From: Campylobacterales bacterium
GTDB taxonomy: Bacteria; Campylobacterota; Campylobacteria; Campylobacterales; JALSKU01
Direction: 5' to 3'
NCBI GenBank assembly: GCA_026988685.1
Contig: JALSKU010000202.1
Location: 1-36,787, forward strand
Length of the DNA: 36,787 nt
Shown here: positions 30,279 through 36,787 of the stretch, piece by piece
How the letters are laid out: the number at the start of each line of letters is the position of its first letter
Numbering within the stretch: the stretch's first letter is position 1
The notes under the pieces: generated by a model
Databases searched by the model: none
Seen by the model: the letters and a program-made list of their open reading frames with translations, nothing else
What the model was told of the DNA's origin: nothing
Translations under genes and position numbers: made by a program

Positions 30279-31234
30279 TATACTACTGTACTACTGCGGT
30301 CTATCATAACCCCCTTTTTTCCTAAAACGACCAGTATAGTTTTTGCTATAGTTTTTGCTTCAAGCCACAATGACCAGTTTTTTATATAGTAAAGGTCATA
30401 CATTAGCTTCTGTTTAGTGTCTTCCATGTTCTGCCCATAAGGGTAGTTTACCTGCGCCCATCCTGTTATGCCCGGACGAACAAGGTGGCGTGTGTTGTAG
30501 TAGGGGATCTCTTTTTCATAATTTTGTACAAGTATGTTCCATTCTGCTCTAGGACATACTAAGTGCATATCACCTTTAAAAATATTTAAAATCTGTGGAA
30601 TCTCGTCTATCCTTGTTCTTCTCATGATCTTACCAAAAGGAAAAATACGGCTATCATTTTCTCTGGTATATGGGTCATGGTGTGAGTTAGTATGCATACT
30701 TCTAAATTTATAGCATACAAACTCTTTTCCTTGCAGACCAACTCTTCTTTGGGCAAAAAGTACAGGTCCCGGCGACTCTTTCTTGATCCTGTAACAGGCA
30801 TATATCATTACAGGAGAAGTTACAAGCCCAATGATGATGGATCCGATGTAGTCTATAACTCTCTTAAAAAAATAGCTATACAAACTATATGCTCGAATCT
30901 CTTCTAGAAAACCAAGCTCCTAGTGCGAGTCAGGTATGTAACATTTTCTTAGATACCTCTCCATTAATGTTTCTATAGATATTATATCAAGAGTGTATTT
31001 ATGCTCTTTAACATGAAGATTTGTAAGATATTTAATGATCTCATCTCCTACTTTTGCTTTTGTGTTTAAAACAAAAAGGGAAGAGGGGTGTTTTTTTACT
31101 GCTGCAGACAACTCTTTAAGAACTTCGCTTTCCTCTCTATCTCTATACTTTATCTGAATTATTGTAGGAGATATTTTTTTAAGCTGATTTAGCTCAAACT
31201 CTTTAAATTTATGTTTTCTACCGAGGATGATCAT
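30275..31234 (-). pseudogene. Sugar transferase (priming undecaprenyl-phosphate glycosyltransferase) with in-frame TAG
   Basis: ORFs 30920-31234 and 30275-30883 share a frame separated by TAG at 30920-30922; FKRVID, KFRSM, RIDEIPQ, RPGITGWAQV, YDLYYI; conserved VGPR reads VCPR. Confidence 0.85.
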
Positions 31235-31479
31235 TGTTCACAGGCACCGGTTTTGATGTTTTCTCTGTTTTTTTCTAATGTTTTTTTACCAATTCCTTTG
31301 ACTTTTGTAAGCTCATCTGCTGTTATAAAACAATGTTTCTCTCTATAGCTTATGATGGCTTCAGCTTTTTTGACAACGATTCCTTTCAGGGTTGTTAGCT
31401 CTTTGGCAGGCGCATTGTTAATGTCCACTACGCCAAACACTAAGCTAAATCCAACTAACAATAGAGTAAAGATTTTCAT
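31231..31479 (-). CDS. comEA: Short periplasmic ComEA/ComE-like HhH DNA-binding protein, copy 1 (first GIG motif degenerate)
   Basis: Signal peptide, VDINNA..KEL..LKGIV.KKAEAII.YR, ELTKVKGIGKK; 82 aa. Confidence 0.85.
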   Translation of the reverse strand: MKIFTLLLVGFSLVFGVVDINNAPAKELTTLKGIVVKKAEAIISYREKHCFITADELTKVKGIGKKTLEKNRENIKTGACEQ

Positions 31480-31549
31480 TCGCACCTCTATTTTTTAAAA
31501 CAAAGTGTAACAACTTCTGACTTAATGTTGGTTAAAAAGAAGTTCTATA

Positions 31550-31672
31550 TTTTTTTATTTTATCTTCAAAGAAACCTCTAATCTTTTTTGTATCGATAAC
31601 TTCAAGTGGTTCTAAATACTCAATATTTTTATCCTCATTATCATCAATACACAATAAAACTACAGCAAATAG
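31550..31672 (-). pseudogene. Orphan 3' fragment 2 of an AbiEii-type nucleotidyltransferase
   Basis: Translates LFAVVLLCIDDNEDKNIEYLEPLEVIDTKKIRGFFEDKIKK. Confidence 0.82.
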
Positions 31673-31795
31673 TTAAATTCCAAATACAGTATCATTGAAA
31701 TCACAAGAAAGTAAAGCTTTGATTCTATCACTTTACCTTTTATTAAAGACAATCATAGTAAAATACATTAAACGATATATCTTTGGGATAGTAAA

Positions 31796-32995
31796 ATGAA
31801 AAATATTTTAGATTTAGCAGAACGGCTATATAGATTAAAGAGAAACCAAAAACTACCACTTTATAAAAGATTTCTTTTTAAAGATTTACTCAACTCAAAA
31901 GCAAAGATAACTGGGCTTTATGGAAGTAGAGGTGTTGGCAAAACTACACTTTTATTGCAGGTTTTAAAAGAGTTAGATTATGAAGAAAAGCTTTATATCT
32001 CTTGCGATCATCCTATCTTTTATGAAGTCTCTTTATTTGATTTTGTAGATAACTACTCTAAATATGGTGGCGAAGTAATTGTCATAGATGAGATACACAA
32101 AATCAAAGATTTTCAGCAGCAAATAAAGCTAATATATGACTTTTTAGATATAAAACTGTTTTTTAGTGGCAGCAGTGCAGTAGAGATTACAAATGCAGAT
32201 TTTAGTAGAAGATACTCTATGTATTATTTGCCTATTTTATCTTTAAGAGAGTATTTAGAGATGAGCCAAAATATTCAGCTAAATAGCTACTCTTTAGATA
32301 AAATCTTAAATTCACATACAAAAATAGCAGATGAAATCATTGATGAATTGCCAAACAAAAAGATCTTAAGGTTTTTTAAAGAGTTTATAGATGTAGGGGT
32401 CTATCCGTTTTATTTTGAAGATGAAACAAAATACACAGATAAGATTCAGCAAAATATCAATACTATTCTCTATACCGATTTGGTAAATGTGGTATCAATT
32501 AGTGGTGATAAAATAGAGTCATTAAAAAAGCTTTTATTAAATATATGCACCTCTAATCCTTTAGAACTAAGCATTGAAAAGTTAGCTAAACTAACAGGTA
32601 TCACAAAACCAACACTATATAAATATATAGAGTATTTAAGTAGAGCAGAGTTGTTACATCATATCATTTATGAAGCAAAACGATTTAAAAATATGCAAAA
32701 ACCTGATAAGTTATATCTGAATAATACAAACCTTTTTAATGCACTATGTTTAAATAAAAATATGGGCACAATAAGAGAGACTCTCTTTGTGAGTATGCTA
32801 TATAAACAGCATATCATAAACTATACCTCCAAAGGTGACTTTTTGGTAGATGAAAAATATATCTTCGAAATAGGCGGTAAAAATAAAAGCTTTAGACAGA
32901 TAAAAGATCTACCAAACTCTTTCGTTGTATCTGATGATATGGAGATAGGCTTTGGCAATAAAGTGCCTCTTTGGTTATTTGGATTTTTGTATTGA
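31796..32995 (+). CDS. AAA+ ATP-binding protein (AAA_14-type, with C-terminal nuclease-fold-like domain), copy 1
   Basis: GSRGVGKTT, VIDEIHK, FSGSS, KPDKLYL.N.N, RET.F, GDFLVD..FEIGGK. Confidence 0.85.
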   Translation: MKNILDLAERLYRLKRNQKLPLYKRFLFKDLLNSKAKITGLYGSRGVGKTTLLLQVLKELDYEEKLYISCDHPIFYEVSLFDFVDNYSKYGGEVIVIDEIHKIKDFQQQIKLIYDFLDIKLFFSGSSAVEITNADFSRRYSMYYLPILSLREYLEMSQNIQLNSYSLDKILNSHTKIADEIIDELPNKKILRFFKEFIDVGVYPFYFEDETKYTDKIQQNINTILYTDLVNVVSISGDKIESLKKLLLNICTSNPLELSIEKLAKLTGITKPTLYKYIEYLSRAELLHHIIYEAKRFKNMQKPDKLYLNNTNLFNALCLNKNMGTIRETLFVSMLYKQHIINYTSKGDFLVDEKYIFEIGGKNKSFRQIKDLPNSFVVSDDMEIGFGNKVPLWLFGFLY

Positions 32996-33004
32996 GTTTT
33001 TAGT
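32837..33004 (+). repeat. 168-bp identical direct repeat (second copy at 34120-34287)
   Basis: Base-for-base identity from GACTTTTTGGTAG through the stop codon to TTTTTAGT. Confidence 0.95.
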
Positions 33005-33096
33005 CAAGAGTAAATCTCTGACCCTAAGTTAATTGACATACACATCAAATTTAGATATACTTTTCTTGATCCTAATATCAAATATAAGAGGATAAA

Positions 33097-34278
33097 ATGA
33101 TAGATAAAATAAGAGAGTTACAAAAACTTTTGCTCAATAAAGTAAAAACAAAATACAAAAGATACTTTTTTTATAAAATAAATTTTGATAGGCTAACAGG
33201 TATCATTGGTGCAAGAGGTGCCGGGAAAACAACTTTTTTATTGCAATACCTAAAAGAGCATCCTCTACCTATGTCTAAAAAGTTATATATAAGTGCGGAT
33301 TCCATCAAGATAGATTCACTGTTTGATATCGCTAAGAGCTTCGAGAGAGAGGGAGGAGAGCTACTTATTATAGATGAGATACACAAATTTACAGGCTTTG
33401 AAAATGAACTAAAGAAGATATATGATTTTTTAGAGTTAGAAGTTGTTTTTAGTGGTAGCAGCGCATTAAAAATAGATAATTCAAAAGCGGATTTAAGCCG
33501 AAGAGTTGTTGTTTACGAGATAGAAGGACTGAGTTTTAGAGAGTTTTTAGAGTTGAAAAATGATATCAAGATTGATACTTACTCATTGGAGGATATTTTA
33601 GTAAATCATATTGATATTGCCTATGACCTCTCAAAATATCATACACCAAAGATATTTCAAGAGTATCTGCAATATGGCTACTATCCATTCTATTTTGATA
33701 AATATTCAAATTACCAAATAAAACTAAATGAAACCATAAACACAGTTTTAGAAGTTGATATACCTTCGATTTTCAACATAGAATATCAAAATATTAAAAA
33801 CTTAAAAAAACTTCTTCTAATTCTTTGCCAAAGTGTCCCATATACTCCAAATATCAATGAACTGTTAAACAAACTTGATATGGGGCAAGATTATAGGACA
33901 TTGTATAGATATTTAGACTATCTTCATAAAGCAAAAATCATCACACTAATCCGCCCTAAAACAAAAGGAGACAATATTTTTGCAAAACCGGATAAGATAT
34001 ATTTTAACAATACAAATCTCCACTTTGCCTATTGTGATGCGCCAAATATAGGAACTATAAGGGAAGTTTTTTTTAAATCTATGATTTTTGAACATAAGAC
34101 TACAATACCAAAAAAAGGAGACTTTTTGGTAGATGAAAAATATATCTTCGAAATAGGCGGTAAAAATAAAAGCTTTAGACAGATAAAAGATCTACCAAAC
34201 TCTTTCGTTGTATCTGATGATATGGAGATAGGCTTTGGCAATAAAGTGCCTCTTTGGTTATTTGGATTTTTGTATTGA
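33097..34278 (+). CDS. AAA+ ATP-binding protein (AAA_14-type), copy 2
   Basis: GARGAGKTT, IIDEIHK, FSGSS, KPDKIYF.N.N; C-terminal ~54 aa identical to copy 1. Confidence 0.85.
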   Translation: MIDKIRELQKLLLNKVKTKYKRYFFYKINFDRLTGIIGARGAGKTTFLLQYLKEHPLPMSKKLYISADSIKIDSLFDIAKSFEREGGELLIIDEIHKFTGFENELKKIYDFLELEVVFSGSSALKIDNSKADLSRRVVVYEIEGLSFREFLELKNDIKIDTYSLEDILVNHIDIAYDLSKYHTPKIFQEYLQYGYYPFYFDKYSNYQIKLNETINTVLEVDIPSIFNIEYQNIKNLKKLLLILCQSVPYTPNINELLNKLDMGQDYRTLYRYLDYLHKAKIITLIRPKTKGDNIFAKPDKIYFNNTNLHFAYCDAPNIGTIREVFFKSMIFEHKTTIPKKGDFLVDEKYIFEIGGKNKSFRQIKDLPNSFVVSDDMEIGFGNKVPLWLFGFLY

Positions 34279-34305
34279 GTTTTTAGTTAAAAGTAGATTT
34301 TCCAA

Positions 34306-34336
34306 CCTGTCTTGCTCCACTTATCAGCAAGACAGG
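34306..34336. terminator. 11-bp perfect hairpin between convergent genes
   Basis: CCTGTCTTGCT-CCACTTATC-AGCAAGACAGG. Confidence 0.6.
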
Positions 34337-34355
34337 AAAATTTATGTACCAAGTT

Positions 34356-34637
34356 TTACGCTGAACTAACACGAACTCCTACTTTTTCAATATGCTCAAG
34401 TAGATTTTTGTTTTTTATTTTTTTGCGATTGACTACATCGAAAAAATAAGGTAAGTTCGTCTCTTCATTAAGTAGGTAGGAAAGCTTTTTCTCCCCTTCA
34501 TCAACTGCAATATCAATATCGCTTCCCTTTTTGTAATTCCCCTTTGCTCTTGATCCAAAGATGATAGCGTTATTGACATTGTTATCACGAAAAACTTTTT
34601 TTATAGTTTCTAATTCTTCTGGTTTTAATCCAAACAT
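34356..34637 (-). CDS. Minimal nucleotidyltransferase (MNT) antitoxin
   Basis: IFGSRAKGNYKKGSDIDIA (GSx10DxD). Confidence 0.9.
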   Translation of the reverse strand: MFGLKPEELETIKKVFRDNNVNNAIIFGSRAKGNYKKGSDIDIAVDEGEKKLSYLLNEETNLPYFFDVVNRKKIKNKNLLEHIEKVGVRVSSA

Positions 34638-35029
34638 GATAAACCTTTAAACTTCTCATAAAGATTTTGCAACAGTTGAAAATATTGCTCTTTTATCATG
34701 CAATATATTGCATCTGATTGTTCTTGATCGTATATATGCACCGTTGCATTTCTATCCATAAGTGCATCAAGCCAAAGCGATCCTTCATCTATTAGCTCTA
34801 TCGAATACGCTATTTTAATTGTTTCTCGCGGAGACTTTACATCGTATCCCATATAAGACAAATAGTCTTTCATCAACTTCCATGAGAGTTCAAAAGTGAT
34901 CTCAAAAAATTGTATAACTCCAGCCTTTTCGGTGACAGAAGGCTCCTCAATCAACAAAGATTGCTCTAAAAGCAAAAAAGACTTTTCAAAATTTTCAAAT
35001 CGCTGTATATATCGAATATCTTCTTTCAC
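34625..35029 (-). CDS. HEPN / HI0074-family nucleotidyltransferase substrate-binding protein (toxin)
   Basis: GVIQFFEITFELSWK.MKDYL, SPRE.IK, RNATVHIY (Rx4HxY). Confidence 0.9.
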   Translation of the reverse strand: MKEDIRYIQRFENFEKSFLLLEQSLLIEEPSVTEKAGVIQFFEITFELSWKLMKDYLSYMGYDVKSPRETIKIAYSIELIDEGSLWLDALMDRNATVHIYDQEQSDAIYCMIKEQYFQLLQNLYEKFKGLSCLD

Positions 35030-35038
35030 AATACTAAA

Positions 35039-35287
35039 CTACTTTTTACAAGCCCCAGCATGAAGATTTTTCCTATTTTTCTCTAAAAACTTTTTGCCTA
35101 TCCCTTTTACTTTTACTATCTCATCAACATTTTTAAAACAGTGCGCCTTTCTATATGCTACAATCGCTTCAGCTTTTTTTGCTCCAATTCCTTTAAGTGA
35201 GCTAAGCTCTTTTGCACTTGCACTATTAATATCAACGGCACTAAACGCCAAACTAAATGCAACAAGCAACACCCCTAAAATCTTCAT
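35039..35287 (-). CDS. comEA: Short periplasmic ComEA/ComE-like protein, copy 2
   Basis: MKILGVLLVAFSLAFSAVDINSAS.KEL..LKGIG.KKAEAIV.YR; SD AAAGGTG. Confidence 0.9.
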   Translation of the reverse strand: MKILGVLLVAFSLAFSAVDINSASAKELSSLKGIGAKKAEAIVAYRKAHCFKNVDEIVKVKGIGKKFLEKNRKNLHAGACKK

Positions 35288-35291
35288 CTTT

Positions 35292-35352
35292 ACACCTTTG
35301 AAATAAAATCTACTCAATTATAATTGCTTGTTTCTTAAGGGTGGCTAAATTT
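35292..35352 (-). promoter_or_regulatory. 61-bp comEA promoter/leader, identical to 36575-36635
   Basis: - strand TTTAGCCACCCTTAAG...TATAAT...AAAGGTGT; a similar TTTAACCAACATTAAG lies upstream of copy 1. Confidence 0.75.
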
Positions 35353-35988
35353 TTACTTTTTTAAATCATTTAATTTCTCTTCAAAAAAATCTCTTATTTT
35401 TTTTATATCAATTACTTCGATTGGTTCTAAATACTCAATTTTTTCATCCTCTATATCATCAATATACAACAATGCCACAACAAATAACTTAAAGTTGATC
35501 CCTTCAACAATATTCAAACTATAAGAAAACATCTCTTTTATACTCATCGATTTTTTAGCTAAAAAATACAAATCATAATAATCCCTAAATTTTGCTCTTA
35601 AAAAAAGTACATTTACTTTCATGGCAGCGAGAGAATCTAAAGATGCCAAGTTAAATTTTTCTATTTTTTTAGGCTTTAAAAAATCCCACTTTGCATTAAA
35701 AAAAGTAACTTTTACCCCATCAATCAACAAATCAATTTGCTCATCGGTCTGGTTTAAAATTTCTTTATTTTGAAAATCTTTCAAATACTCAAATATCTCT
35801 TTTTTATCAAAACTATCTTCATAAGTAAAAAAATCTAAATCTTCACTTTTGCGATGGCATAGATGAAGTGTCAAAGCACTACCACCTACTAAAACATACT
35901 TTTCTAAAAAAGCACAATCCTCAATCATTTTCAACAAAAGAGTTTTAGTTTTAGGAAGTAAGTAGTCTAAGTTTTTCAAATCTTGCAT
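35353..35988 (-). CDS. AbiEii/AbiGii-family nucleotidyltransferase (type IV TA toxin-like)
   Basis: LVGGSAL.L...HRKSEDLDFF, AAMK, RAKFRDYYDLY. Confidence 0.88.
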   Translation of the reverse strand: MQDLKNLDYLLPKTKTLLLKMIEDCAFLEKYVLVGGSALTLHLCHRKSEDLDFFTYEDSFDKKEIFEYLKDFQNKEILNQTDEQIDLLIDGVKVTFFNAKWDFLKPKKIEKFNLASLDSLAAMKVNVLFLRAKFRDYYDLYFLAKKSMSIKEMFSYSLNIVEGINFKLFVVALLYIDDIEDEKIEYLEPIEVIDIKKIRDFFEEKLNDLKK

Positions 35989-36304
35989 TTTTTATTCCCT
36001 TAAAATAATCACTCTCCACATCCATGCCAAAAAAGACTCTTGCAAGCATTACATTTAATTTTATAAACCTTTTATCGCTCTTTAGCCTCTCTTCCCAAAC
36101 CTCTTTGACAACCTGCTTACCAAACAATCTAAACCCAAGCACAATTTCATCAAAATCACCATATTTTAGCAGATACTCTATCGTTAAACGCTCACCAATT
36201 TCTTCAAAACTTATGTTTTTGCTATAGCTCCAAAAAATTCCTCTATCTCTTAGCTTATTAAAGAGTTGTGCTTTTTGCATATATTTATCTTGTGTATTAT
36301 TCAT
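35951..36304 (-). CDS. Small AbiEii partner (DUF6922-like, candidate antitoxin)
   Basis: IFWSY...IEYLLKYGDFDE pattern; overlaps the AbiEii start. Confidence 0.6.
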   Translation of the reverse strand: MNNTQDKYMQKAQLFNKLRDRGIFWSYSKNISFEEIGERLTIEYLLKYGDFDEIVLGFRLFGKQVVKEVWEERLKSDKRFIKLNVMLARVFFGMDVESDYFKGIKNARFEKLRLLTS

Positions 36305-36321
36305 AAATTCTTTCTTGCTTA

Positions 36322-36570
36322 CTACTTTTTACAATCCCCAGCTTTAAGATTAGCTTTGTTTTTTTCTAAAAATTTTTTGCCTATCCCTTTTACTTTTACT
36401 ATCCCATCAACACTTTTAAAACAGTGTGCTTTTCTATACGCTACAATCGCTTCAGCCTTTTTTACTCCAATGCCTTTAAGAGAACTAAGCTCTTTTGCAC
36501 TTGCACTATTAATATCAACAGCACTAAAAGCCAAACTAAACGCCATAAGCAATAACCCTAAAATCTTCAT
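36322..36570 (-). CDS. comEA: Short periplasmic ComEA/ComE-like protein, copy 3
   Basis: Near-identical protein to copy 2, many silent differences. Confidence 0.9.
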   Translation of the reverse strand: MKILGLLLMAFSLAFSAVDINSASAKELSSLKGIGVKKAEAIVAYRKAHCFKSVDGIVKVKGIGKKFLEKNKANLKAGDCKK

Positions 36571-36787
36571 TGTCACACCTTTGAAATAAAATCTACTCAA
36601 TTATAATTGCTTGTTTCTTAAGGGTGGCTAAATTTGTGTTTTTTTAGATTATTCAACCTTTAAAAAAGATGATTTTTGATAGATAAAAAGCAAAAAAAGT
36701 TGTTATTAGATTCCTTTTTTACCAACTACAACCATGATAGTTTTGTATATAATTTTAAATTCGAGAATTAAACTCCAATGCTTTATG

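Noticed and set aside
35288-35317. TTG-started N-terminal extension of comEA (also 36571-36600)
   Set aside because: Contains the SD AAAGGTG; the signal peptide begins at the ATG
32837-36570. DGR template/variable repeats in the ATPase or comEA duplicates
   Set aside because: ATPase repeats are identical; comEA differences are largely synonymous and not adenine-specific
29470-36640. Classical integron/CALIN array
   Set aside because: No intI; junction motifs lack the paired RYYYAAC/GTTRRRY boxes and long attC palindromes; genes lie on both strands

Overview
AT-rich Campylobacterota (epsilonproteobacterial) chromosome segment. This assignment rests on the purN-nnr / comM-def-clpP-tig / folE-fliI gene order as in Campylobacter, nifS-nifU, desulforubrerythrin and TGnTATAAT promoters. 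Left part: an FAH-family gene, an MCP with a CZB domain, a decaying cytochrome c / heme-protein / two-component module, and a TetR-TolC-MFP-RND efflux operon continuing into rhodanese and TSUP genes plus a RelE-type TA pair. The MFP-RND junction holds a ~310-bp intervening element: 27-bp inverted heptamer-repeat arms, a nested 93-bp hairpin with 8-bp flanking direct repeats, and an internally deleted four-helix-bundle gene. Middle: housekeeping genes. Right ~7.3 kb (29.5-36.8 kb): a modular accessory array of YefM-YoeB, HEPN-MNT and AbiEii-type TA genes, two AAA ATPases with an identical 168-bp 3' end, three short comEA paralogs, two orphan AbiEii 3' fragments and a sugar-transferase pseudogene. 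Several junctions in this array carry the same-orientation ~26-bp motif AAGAGTAAAGCTCTGACCCTAA, suggesting a cassette-like system with no recombinase in the window.
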